Of a stretch of 47,795 bases of DNA, positions 16,642-25,528 are shown in pieces (the first letter of the stretch is position 1; each line of letters starts with the position of its first letter). Below the pieces are notes generated by a model. That model saw nothing but the letters and a program-made list of their open reading frames with translations. It had not been told where the DNA came from and ran no database searches. This DNA comes from a virus: IMG/VR virus record IMGVR_UViG_3300037088_000099, positions 1-47,795 of that record; one strand, 5' to 3'. The translations under genes and the position numbers were made by a program.

Positions 16642-18171
16642 ATGACACCTAATAAGATTACTAGTGAGTATCTACATGCGCTGCAAGCTGTGTACCATAG
16701 GATAGATTCCAGGGGTATTCTTGTTAACAAAGAAAGGCTAAGAGATGCTGCACTTTATATTAACAAAAGCATTGATACTCAGTGCCATATTATTAGTGAT
16801 ATTTGGAACTTGGACTGTTACATCGGAGCCTCAAACAAGCCGGAAACTGGCTCTCGGCGCAGTCTTAATCTTAATAGTTCCTCCGGTGACAATACTCCTC
16901 TGCTCTATCTAAAATCAGTAGGATTTAAAATCCCAAAAGTCAGCAGCAGAGACGAGGATGGAAACTACATAGCAAAGGAATCTCTCAATGAGCTTGTCCT
17001 GCAAAAAATATATGCTACCAATCAATTCGGAATCCTTGGGGGCGACCCGGCGTTACGAGCGCTATTGCGAATACGCGAACTCGGTACCTTGCGCGCACGG
17101 TATATCAATGCGAATCTGTACGAACGAGAAGGGACTAGCCTCTTTCTTACAAATTACAACATCGCTGGAACGGTCACAGGTCGCAGAGGCTCTCGCAAAC
17201 ACACGTTTGGATTTGGAGGGAATGCTCAGAATTTCCCAAAGCATGGAGAACTCGCTAAAGTATACCGCAGGTGTTTGGTTGCAAGACCAGGAAAAATCCT
17301 GTTGAATGTAGATCAGATGCAAGCGGAAGATTGGCCGACAAGTGCGCTGGCACAGAATATGGAGGCGTTGGATGATTTACGGAATAACGTGGATCGGCAC
17401 AGAAAACTCGGTTGCCTCATATTTGACCTCCCTTGGGATCATTATACAGATGTTGAATGGAAGGATTCAATTGAGCGCTATCTTGGTAAGCAAACTAGAC
17501 ACGCGAACAATTACGGGATGCGAGCAAATACTATGTCAGACTCGCTGGCAAAGGAGGGACACTCAGTTACACCTGCTCAATGCGCTGCTATTCTCGAAAA
17601 AGTAAACAAGCATGATCCCTCTGTCGAACACGTATTCCACAAATACATAAAGGACTGTCTATATGCAAACCGCACCCTCCGCACTCCCTTCTCCCGCGAA
17701 CGTATCTTCTTCGGCCTCCGTGCTGGCGAATCAGGAAGTAATAACAAAATTTTCAACGAAGCATTTAGCTACATACCACAGTCTGTTGTCGGAGATAACA
17801 CGGGATTCTCAATGTTTGCTCTTGAAACCGGAAATGACGCGACAAGAGGTCACGTTATACAAGAATGCCATGATTCGATTATGCAGGAGATTGACGACAA
17901 TGTGGATTCTATCTGGGATCATATCCAAGCGGCTAAAGCAGCATTTAATCGCCCAATTCGATTCGACAACGGAATTGAAATCAACATCCCAGTTGAGGGA
18001 GAGTTGTCCTACGACTTCTCACAAGGAGTAAGTTTGAAGTCATCCAGCACCAAGACGAAAAAACTCTCTGACATATCGTACAGTGATGTACAAGCAGCAT
18101 TTTATCAGCTGCAAGAAATAAAACAGAAAGAAGCCCAAGATGGCCAGAAAGTTGCCTCAGAATTGGATTAG
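16642..18171 (+). CDS. DNA polymerase A family, polymerase-domain subunit
   Basis: O-helix region GTVTGRRGS...GNAQNFPK resembles the Klenow TGRLSS...PNLQNIP block. Motif B-like KQTRHANNYG and motif C-like ECHDS are present. No exonuclease domain in this ORF. Confidence 0.85.
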   Translation: MTPNKITSEYLHALQAVYHRIDSRGILVNKERLRDAALYINKSIDTQCHIISDIWNLDCYIGASNKPETGSRRSLNLNSSSGDNTPLLYLKSVGFKIPKVSSRDEDGNYIAKESLNELVLQKIYATNQFGILGGDPALRALLRIRELGTLRARYINANLYEREGTSLFLTNYNIAGTVTGRRGSRKHTFGFGGNAQNFPKHGELAKVYRRCLVARPGKILLNVDQMQAEDWPTSALAQNMEALDDLRNNVDRHRKLGCLIFDLPWDHYTDVEWKDSIERYLGKQTRHANNYGMRANTMSDSLAKEGHSVTPAQCAAILEKVNKHDPSVEHVFHKYIKDCLYANRTLRTPFSRERIFFGLRAGESGSNNKIFNEAFSYIPQSVVGDNTGFSMFALETGNDATRGHVIQECHDSIMQEIDDNVDSIWDHIQAAKAAFNRPIRFDNGIEINIPVEGELSYDFSQGVSLKSSSTKTKKLSDISYSDVQAAFYQLQEIKQKEAQDGQKVASELD

Positions 18172-19393
18172 CAGTTATGTAAACGCTATTACTCCGATCA
18201 CTGAGGCTCCTGATGCGTATGTGTATTGGTCAGCCATCTCAGTGGTCAGCGCAGTTCTTAAAAAGAAAGTGTGGATACAACGTGGGACATTCAAAGTCTA
18301 CCCCAATCAATACATCATACTTGTTGGGCCGCCGGGAGTTGGCAAAGGAACCGCAATGCATCCCGCTCACGCATTTATCAAAGAGTATAAACCTGAACTT
18401 TCAAACTACCTCAGTGATCGAATCACCGCTCCTGAAATCATTTCGCGTCTGGCTGCTGGGTTCCAGACCCAGAGCATAGTTAATGGCCACGTAGTAACCG
18501 CAACCGAATCCACAGCATGTATCATGGCAACAGAACTTAGTACATTTTTAGGTAGCAGCGATTGGATGACTTCATTTCTCTGTGATACTTGGGATAGGAG
18601 TAAATTTGAATATGGGACTAAGAATAAAGGCAGTTATGCTATTAAGGACATGTGCGTTTCTCTTATCGGTGCTTGTGTTCCAGATTTTATCCGCAGGATT
18701 AACGGTAAGACTAGTTCCGCGGAGGCTATTAATAGCGGCTTCACGGCTCGTACTATATTCGTATTCGCAAATGAAAAGTCCAAGAAACTACCCTGGCCCA
18801 CTCAGCTCAAGGATACTAATGGCGGAGCGGATACGATCACTAATCTACGATACGACCTCGAACAAATAGCACAGGTCAATGGCGAGTACACATTCACACA
18901 AGAAGCAATCGACACATTTAACCAATGGTACGCGAAACTCGGTGCCACAGACACAGACTCAGATGTAGTCCGGCACTTTAAAAGTCGCCAAGATGTACAC
19001 GTATTCAAAGTCGCAATGTGTCTTGCGGCTGCGAGTAACGACAAACTTGTAATAGATCGTTGGTGTTTATTCACAGCGATTCAATTAGTACAAGGCGTAC
19101 TTGATACGCTGGATATAACATTTAGGGGGGTGGGAGAGAGCACACTTAGCGAAGCCACAGCAAAGGTTCAAACGTATTTGGAGAGAAAGGGCATAGCAAC
19201 ACGTGCAGAGCTAGTACGCGATAATGCTCGTCATGCGACAATGGAAGATTTAGATAGAATCATTTTAACACTACACACGATAGGTTTAGTAAGACCATTT
19301 TCAACGGGAGGCCGCCAGTACTATGAATACACCAAGCAGGGAGCAGGACATGTTGGGACGCCGGGAATTAGAATTGGAAACAACGTCCCTTGA
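18140..19393 (+). CDS. P-loop NTPase (AAA-like Walker A), candidate replication helicase or loader
   Basis: Walker A ILVGPPGVGKGT near residue 62 of 417. Lies directly downstream of the polymerase. Family not resolved. Confidence 0.55.
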   Translation: MARKLPQNWISSYVNAITPITEAPDAYVYWSAISVVSAVLKKKVWIQRGTFKVYPNQYIILVGPPGVGKGTAMHPAHAFIKEYKPELSNYLSDRITAPEIISRLAAGFQTQSIVNGHVVTATESTACIMATELSTFLGSSDWMTSFLCDTWDRSKFEYGTKNKGSYAIKDMCVSLIGACVPDFIRRINGKTSSAEAINSGFTARTIFVFANEKSKKLPWPTQLKDTNGGADTITNLRYDLEQIAQVNGEYTFTQEAIDTFNQWYAKLGATDTDSDVVRHFKSRQDVHVFKVAMCLAAASNDKLVIDRWCLFTAIQLVQGVLDTLDITFRGVGESTLSEATAKVQTYLERKGIATRAELVRDNARHATMEDLDRIILTLHTIGLVRPFSTGGRQYYEYTKQGAGHVGTPGIRIGNNVP

Positions 19394-19919
19394 TAATACG
19401 ATTTTTGTTGTTGCAGGGAAGCTGGGATTAGAAGCAATTGAGGATAAAATTCTAATTCTAATCGACAAATTCAAAAGCGGTTACGAATGTAAAGATTGCA
19501 ATGAAACGGGGATATATGTCAGTTGTGAGTGCGAACGAAAAGGAACTCCGGGCCGCTACATCAGTGGAAACATTGATCGAGCGTGCCGATTTTGCGAAGG
19601 CAATTACGAAGAGCGAAGAGGAAAAACGTGCCCTTCTTGTCACGGAACTGGCAGCACAATTATCATGCCTGACAATGCAAAAGCTATACCTACTTCTGGA
19701 GTTATCGTCAGCATTGGCCCAGGCTGCAAGACTAGAAAAATCGCTGAGCGAGTTCTGTTCTCGGCTCACACCGGATACTTCCTGCCGTTTAAAGGAAATG
19801 CAAAAATAAGATGTATGCGGGAGGATGAGCCGTTGTGTTTAATCCATGCTATAGACAACACTCAAACGCTTGGAGATTTTCTACAAATCGAGGATTCACT
19901 TGAAACGCTAAATAAATAA
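19350..19919 (+). CDS. zinc-ribbon protein with GroES-like C-terminal segment (hypothesis)
   Basis: ATG at 19350 with GGGAGCAGGA upstream. Four CxxC/CxC pairs including CPSCHGTG, then IIMPDNAKAIPTSGVIVSIGPG...RVLFSAHTGYF...REDEPLCLIHAI, which is loosely Cpn10-like. Confidence 0.5.
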   Translation: MLGRRELELETTSLDNTIFVVAGKLGLEAIEDKILILIDKFKSGYECKDCNETGIYVSCECERKGTPGRYISGNIDRACRFCEGNYEERRGKTCPSCHGTGSTIIMPDNAKAIPTSGVIVSIGPGCKTRKIAERVLFSAHTGYFLPFKGNAKIRCMREDEPLCLIHAIDNTQTLGDFLQIEDSLETLNK

Positions 19920-19930
19920 GGAGAATAATC

Positions 19931-20305
19931 GTGAAACGAATCCCTGCAATCATCGCTCTATTCTTGGCTGTGCCGCTCATCGCGCAGACTGCCAAGCCAA
20001 CCGTACCGCCAACCCCGCCAGCAGTAACGGCCAAATCTGCACCGCAGTTGTCGGACTATCCTAATTACATCAGTATAGGAACAACTGTCCTCAACTTCGC
20101 TGACATCGCCATTGATAACACAACGAAGGGAGGATGCAGCCAAGTGTTCGGTCGCTGGGATGCGAAACGACATTTGTGCAAGGGAGTTATTCAGTTCGAG
20201 GGAATGGGCCGCGTGTCGTGTTCGCGGGGAAGTGCACATAATGTAGACAAAAATATGTGGGTAGTAACCTGCTGGTACACACCCAAACCAAAGGAGAAAA
20301 AATGA
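19931..20305 (+). CDS. secreted Cys-containing protein
   Basis: GTG start with AAGGAGA upstream. N-terminal signal-peptide-like MKRIPAIIALFLAVPLIAQ; four Cys in the mature part. Confidence 0.55.
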   Translation: MKRIPAIIALFLAVPLIAQTAKPTVPPTPPAVTAKSAPQLSDYPNYISIGTTVLNFADIAIDNTTKGGCSQVFGRWDAKRHLCKGVIQFEGMGRVSCSRGSAHNVDKNMWVVTCWYTPKPKEKK

Positions 20306-20610
20306 AGCATCTCATCACCGCAACTCTACTCATCGGAACACTCACTGCCATTGGCCAAGCACCAAAGGCTCTAACGACTCCGCAAGCCAAGCCCCCGACC
20401 ATCACCGATGCACAACGCGCCCAGTTCTTCAAAGCGCAGTCCCAGATGATCCAGGCCAACGCGCAGGCCCAGCAGAGACAGACGGATTTCCAATCGGTCA
20501 TCGCGGAGATGCAGAAGACGTGCGGTGACACTGCCAGCCTGAACCTGAACCAATCCGGCGACCCTGAGTGTGTTGCCAAGCCCGCGCCAGCCAAGACGCC
20601 CAACCAATAA
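20302..20610 (+). CDS. signal-peptide or membrane-anchored periplasmic protein (i-spanin-like?)
   Basis: ATG at 20302 with AAGGAGAAAA upstream. Hydrophobic N-terminus, Gln/Ala-rich helical region, two Cys, Pro-rich C-terminus. Confidence 0.5.
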   Translation: MKHLITATLLIGTLTAIGQAPKALTTPQAKPPTITDAQRAQFFKAQSQMIQANAQAQQRQTDFQSVIAEMQKTCGDTASLNLNQSGDPECVAKPAPAKTPNQ

Positions 20611-20620
20611 AAGTAAGCAA

Positions 20621-20670
20621 GCAGCAAAAAGAATGGCCACTCTATTAACTTAGAGTGGCCATTTTAGTTT
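20621..20670. terminator. bidirectional intrinsic terminator
   Basis: Perfect 12-bp stem AATGGCCACTCT / AGAGTGGCCATT (20632-20643 and 20652-20663) with an A-run on one side and a T-rich run on the other. Lies between the last + gene (stop 20610) and the last - gene (stop 20743). Confidence 0.65.
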
Positions 20671-20742
20671 CTGCGGCTTGTGCTTTACCCGCACAGAGGG
20701 TGAATGCTAGTTACTCGTCGTGCCGTGCTTCGTGGTGCGCTC

Positions 20743-23700
20743 CTAGTTGATGAGAGTGTAGCTGTAGCACCCCGGATTCACCGCTAATGTTCCGGGGATC
20801 GACACAGTGAAACTTGTACCGGCTGTCCGGGCCGTAATCACAGGATTGACAATTGAAGCCAAGGTAGTGTTGCAAGTCACGCCAAGGGCAGAGCCAATTG
20901 AGGTATCAGGGTATACAGCAATTGTGCCGACTCCAGTTGTGTGGGTAGTGTTGACTGTCACGGAAGTGGAACCGGCTGCAATTATAAAAAATCCCTGTGA
21001 TGCGCTGGCGCAGGCGGCAGGAGAAGCTATAGAGACACACTGAGAAGACATATTGAGTGTGCCCGATGTTACCGACGTGAATAGACTCGTGTTCGGTGTT
21101 GTAAATCCAATCGGCCCTGGTGATGCAAACGTAGCCCCATTCAATGCCGTTGCATTTATCGTTCCCGTGCCGGATGCGCCGAGGCTTGCGCCACTTCCGA
21201 CGACCATTGCCGCTGTCGTATTAGTAGCACTGGTAATCGCGGAAAATGCAGGAGTGCTTGTTCCGCAGACTCCGCCCCCCGTCCCATCCGCAAGGCAGTG
21301 GGCTTCTGGTACTCCGCTACCATTCAAGTCTGTGCTGCCCGCTCCTGCTGAAGATACGCCTATACTGCTCACCCGAAACTGATTGGCCGTGCCGACGTTG
21401 AACATAGAAGTCGCAGTCGTGTCACCGATGCTGACGTTGCCTGCAAAGGATGAGTTGCCTGTGGCTGTTACAGTCAAAGGCACATAAGTTGTTACTGCTG
21501 TGCTGGAAAAGCTAATCGGTTCAATGCTTGCGGTAGCGTCCCACAAAGCAAGCAACCCTGTTCCAAAACCAGACCCTGTGCCAGTGCTTTCTAATGCCCA
21601 GTTATGCCCTGCTGCTGAGGTGTTGTTTAAGTAAAATGTTGTGGCATAAGCTGATGAAGTTAGATTTAGCGCCAATGGGTTTGTCGTTAATACATCAAGC
21701 GCTGCTGCTGGACTCGTCGTCCCGATGCCCAGTCTATGATTCGTCGCATCCCAGAAGAAATTGGAATTGTCTTGTGCGATGGTTGAGCCATTTGAGAACA
21801 ACACGGAGCCAGAGGTTAGCGAAGGCAAAGTGAATGTCCCGTAGGTATTTGTATCCAGCGCAAACGTGCCCGCCGCCGTCATCTTCACAAATGATGGAGA
21901 TACATAAGTAGGATAATTCAGTGCTGCCCAGTTGCCGAGAGTAGGGGTACCACTCACCTGCGAGTAGGGCAGACTTAGGCTGGGCAGCGTTGTCAGCGTC
22001 GAGTTGCTCGTAGCGGTGATGTTCGCCGCCGTGCCAGTAAATGATGTTCCATGCACTATTCCCTGTAAGTAAGTGTCTGTTATACTTGAATTTCCTAGTG
22101 TCGTGGTGTTGCTGCCGTTGCCAGTAGCTGCGTTTCCGATCACATTTTCGTTTGTGTCGCCGTCAGCAAAAGCATACGTCGATGCACCTATATATGTGCT
22201 ACTTGAACTTGTCGTATTAGCAACACTACCACCAGACTTGTATTGCCCTGCCTGCGACCCTATTGCAACATTTGTGCTACCTGTCGTAATGTTCTTTAGG
22301 GCCATCGCACCTATTGCTGTATTATTTGTACCTATTGTAAGAAATTCAAGGGACTGATAACCAAGCGCGGAGTTAGTGCCACCATACGTAGCAGCCCCAA
22401 GCGAGTCATCTCCGACGGATGTATTGTATGATGCTGTCGTAGAAAATGCCTGAGAACTTTCTCCGATAGCAGTATTGCCATTGCCGATGGTATTGACGTG
22501 CAGGGCATAATGACCCAGAGCGGTGCTGTAACTACCCGAAGTGGTGCCACCAAGTGCTCCGTAGCCAACTGACGTATCATCACCCCCGGTACTAGCTGTG
22601 GGCAGTGATCCTCCTATATTTGCGTTGCCAGTTCCAAACCAACTGATCGGCGCACCACTATCCTGAACCGCATCTCCTGTACCAGTAAAGGTTGCGGCAT
22701 CATTGGCAGTCGGACTTCCGGGGCCGGTGACGGGATTGGTGAGTGCCGCTTGCTTGTTGTTGAAGGTGTTCCAATCAGTGCTGCTCAGATAGCCGCTCGT
22801 AGAGGTCGAGGACTGAGCCATCCGGGCGAGTGCAACCGTTCCACTACTCAGGTTGGAAGCATTCGAGGCATAAGTCTCGGCATTGCTCTGAGCCGTTGCC
22901 GCCGCTCCAGCCGCATCCGCTCCCACGCTTGCTGCTGTCGCAGAGATCGCCCCAGCCGTATTGAGAATAGAAGTTCCGTCCGGCTTGACTCCACCTAATA
23001 CGGAAGACGTTGCAGTGGGAAGAGTATAGCTGCCGCTCGGTGTCCCACAGCCACTACCATCTGCCTTCGCGTAGGTGCCAGATGCACAGGATGGAATGGT
23101 GACAGAAGTAAATGCTCCAGCAGCCGGTGTTACGTTTCCGATAGGAGTTGCGTTGATTCCACCGGTCAGGTAGTTGATATTTCCAATCCCGTAAAGCGAA
23201 CCGGATAGGTAAATGTTGCCCTGTACATTCAGCGGCGTTGCGCCGTGTCCGATATCGGTTGCACCGTAGTAGGTAGAGCCGTTGATATTCGTGACTGCCC
23301 AGTTGATCGAGCAGGTCGCGCAGGAACTATAATCGGTAACAATGCCTTGAATTATTCCATTTCCCACCGTTTCAGACCCAGCCGTAGAGTTCACGCCGCG
23401 CACCACACCCGCGAAAGTGTCATTGGGAAAGGTTGTCGTGCTCAGTGACGTATAACAGAAAATCTCACTCTGCTCAAGCGTAGCGCATCCCGGCACAGCC
23501 GCTCCACCAATCGTAGCTATGGTGGGAATAGTGGTCTGCGTGGCTGAGATGTTGCTCGCCAGTTGCCACTCTACATATGGGGTGAACGGTGCAGCATACT
23601 GATTGTGATTCGGGCAAGCATAGCCAGCGCACTCCACCGACACCGCGCTTACAGCCGTGGCCACATTGAGCGTGTTCGCGTCCACAATCGTCGGAGCAAT

Positions 23701-25443
23701 CGCACTCCCGCTCGGCTGGTAGACCGGCACGAATGTATGCCCAGTTGTCCAACTACTCGGCAACAAGCTCCCCACCGATGTAGCTGTAGGTGCAGTGAGC
23801 AGTGCGTATTGTGAGTAGCTTGAGGGGTAGGTAACTCCGTTGAAAACCGAGGAATCCGCCCACTGACCTAACGATGCGATGGGATTTATGAGTGGCACCT
23901 GTACGCCGCCAGAGCCGGAAATCAATTTGGATACAGAGCCTAAAGGAAAAATCGGGTCTGTCCCCCCGTGATTAGCAACCCATACGTTTCCTGATGTGTC
24001 AATAGCTAATCCAGCCGGGTTTCCCGGAGCGCCTATCGTAAATGTCCCCAGCACCACGCCAGAGGAAGATAACTCAGACACGGTGGAATCTCCATGGTTT
24101 CCTACCCAAGCATTGCCTACGGAATCGAAAGCTATGACGTAAGGGGAATTGCCAACTGCAAACGTGCCGAGGACGCTCCCCGATGAAGAGAGCTTTGTTA
24201 TTGTATTAGTGCCGAAGTTTGTAACCCATACGCTGCCCATCGCATCGACGGATACATTTAGCGGCGTGTTGCCGACTGCAAACGTACCAAGAATTGTTCC
24301 GGTCGAAGACAGTTTTACTACGTTATTATTAGACCCTCCATCCGTCACTGCAACCCAAACATTGCCCGCTGCATCGACAGCTATTCCAGTCGGGGAGATC
24401 GCGCCCGTGCTTACGGTGTATGTGCCGAGGATCGAACCGGCAGAAGAGAGCTTGGTTACATTGTTCGATTCGTTGTCAGCAACCCACACGTTGCCAGAGG
24501 CATCGACCGCTATTCCGTATGGGCCAGCCCCACCTAATGTAAATGTTCCCAGCAATACTCCAGCCGCAGATAATTTAGTTACAGTACCAGGGAGTCCAGA
24601 CTGATTATTCCCAACCCAGACATTTCCCTGAGCATCAATTGCCACCCACTCAGGATTGGTACCAACTGCATACGTCCCAAGGATTGAGCCGGACGGGGAG
24701 AGTTCGGTTACTGTATTTACGGAACGATTCGTAACCCACACGTTGCCTACAGAATCAACAGCAAGTAAATATAAATTCACCCCCGCTGAATATGTGCCTA
24801 CAGTAGTTCCAGCTGGTGCCATCCCACAATTCACGCTCGATCCGCTCGTCGTGCAATCCACCGGGGCCGTGGCCGTGACCGCCGTTATAACACCACTGCC
24901 TGCTAAATTAGCCCACACACTGCCATTAAAATATCTAATTGCTTGCCCAAGCACATTATAGTATGTTCCACCCTGTGCTGGCACAGTCACAACTTCAGAA
25001 TCACTATATGCTTTTGGCAGATTCGCAGCATTTACTTGTAGCGCTTTGAGCACAGCAGTAACCGCAGCACTGATATTCTGTGTGCTTCCAGCGGCAGGGA
25101 TAATTAACTGCACGCACTTCGCACTGGCATTCGGGCAAACATTATACAGCCAGCCAGAGCCAGAAGGAGTAATGGCTGTGTTAGTCGGTACACTAAAGGA
25201 GGCACTCCCGCTTCCATCAAGTGCGACAGTAATCGGCGTCATATACTGCACAGGTACAATCGCCCCACCCCAGTAAAAAGGGCCGGGAATTCCCGGAGTA
25301 GGCGAGAATGTATAACTAATAGTTCCATTCGCCCATGCTTGAGCGGTTTGATCTACTACCGTAACGCTCACAGTCGTAGACTGCGCGCAAAGCGGAATCG
25401 CGCCACACAGCCCGAGAAGAATTGCCAATAAAGTCTTTTTCAT
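20743..25443 (-). CDS. tail fibre or tail spike protein with signal peptide and seven-bladed NHL-type beta-propeller
   Basis: 1566 aa from the ATG at 25443 (MKKTLLAILLGLCGAIPLCAQ). Seven repeats of about 40 aa with a GNVWV.N...N.VTKLS core, then AIG-containing repeats and a Gly/Thr/Ser-rich C-terminal half. Last gene of the virion module. Confidence 0.75.
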   Translation of the reverse strand: MKKTLLAILLGLCGAIPLCAQSTTVSVTVVDQTAQAWANGTISYTFSPTPGIPGPFYWGGAIVPVQYMTPITVALDGSGSASFSVPTNTAITPSGSGWLYNVCPNASAKCVQLIIPAAGSTQNISAAVTAVLKALQVNAANLPKAYSDSEVVTVPAQGGTYYNVLGQAIRYFNGSVWANLAGSGVITAVTATAPVDCTTSGSSVNCGMAPAGTTVGTYSAGVNLYLLAVDSVGNVWVTNRSVNTVTELSPSGSILGTYAVGTNPEWVAIDAQGNVWVGNNQSGLPGTVTKLSAAGVLLGTFTLGGAGPYGIAVDASGNVWVADNESNNVTKLSSAGSILGTYTVSTGAISPTGIAVDAAGNVWVAVTDGGSNNNVVKLSSTGTILGTFAVGNTPLNVSVDAMGSVWVTNFGTNTITKLSSSGSVLGTFAVGNSPYVIAFDSVGNAWVGNHGDSTVSELSSSGVVLGTFTIGAPGNPAGLAIDTSGNVWVANHGGTDPIFPLGSVSKLISGSGGVQVPLINPIASLGQWADSSVFNGVTYPSSYSQYALLTAPTATSVGSLLPSSWTTGHTFVPVYQPSGSAIAPTIVDANTLNVATAVSAVSVECAGYACPNHNQYAAPFTPYVEWQLASNISATQTTIPTIATIGGAAVPGCATLEQSEIFCYTSLSTTTFPNDTFAGVVRGVNSTAGSETVGNGIIQGIVTDYSSCATCSINWAVTNINGSTYYGATDIGHGATPLNVQGNIYLSGSLYGIGNINYLTGGINATPIGNVTPAAGAFTSVTIPSCASGTYAKADGSGCGTPSGSYTLPTATSSVLGGVKPDGTSILNTAGAISATAASVGADAAGAAATAQSNAETYASNASNLSSGTVALARMAQSSTSTSGYLSSTDWNTFNNKQAALTNPVTGPGSPTANDAATFTGTGDAVQDSGAPISWFGTGNANIGGSLPTASTGGDDTSVGYGALGGTTSGSYSTALGHYALHVNTIGNGNTAIGESSQAFSTTASYNTSVGDDSLGAATYGGTNSALGYQSLEFLTIGTNNTAIGAMALKNITTGSTNVAIGSQAGQYKSGGSVANTTSSSSTYIGASTYAFADGDTNENVIGNAATGNGSNTTTLGNSSITDTYLQGIVHGTSFTGTAANITATSNSTLTTLPSLSLPYSQVSGTPTLGNWAALNYPTYVSPSFVKMTAAGTFALDTNTYGTFTLPSLTSGSVLFSNGSTIAQDNSNFFWDATNHRLGIGTTSPAAALDVLTTNPLALNLTSSAYATTFYLNNTSAAGHNWALESTGTGSGFGTGLLALWDATASIEPISFSSTAVTTYVPLTVTATGNSSFAGNVSIGDTTATSMFNVGTANQFRVSSIGVSSAGAGSTDLNGSGVPEAHCLADGTGGGVCGTSTPAFSAITSATNTTAAMVVGSGASLGASGTGTINATALNGATFASPGPIGFTTPNTSLFTSVTSGTLNMSSQCVSIASPAACASASQGFFIIAAGSTSVTVNTTHTTGVGTIAVYPDTSIGSALGVTCNTTLASIVNPVITARTAGTSFTVSIPGTLAVNPGCYSYTLIN

Positions 25444-25528
25444 ATTTATACCCACCAGTAAGGAGTTTCTGCATCGTGAACATTTAAGAGCATATAAATA
25501 TGCTCAAAATTAAAATCGAGATTGTACA

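Noticed and set aside
20807-25276. Several ORFs of 75-150 aa on the + strand inside the fibre gene (e.g. 24149-24604, 24656-24961)
   Set aside because: They are antisense to a long, repeat-containing gene with coherent protein features and have Pro/Thr/Val-rich low-complexity translations typical of shadow frames.
20743-25443. Possible CRISPR-like or tandem nucleotide repeats suggested by repetitive protein sequence in the fibre
   Set aside because: The periodicity is at protein level (about 40-aa propeller blades, Gly/Thr-rich segments) with degenerate nucleotide sequence; no direct-repeat and spacer architecture is present.
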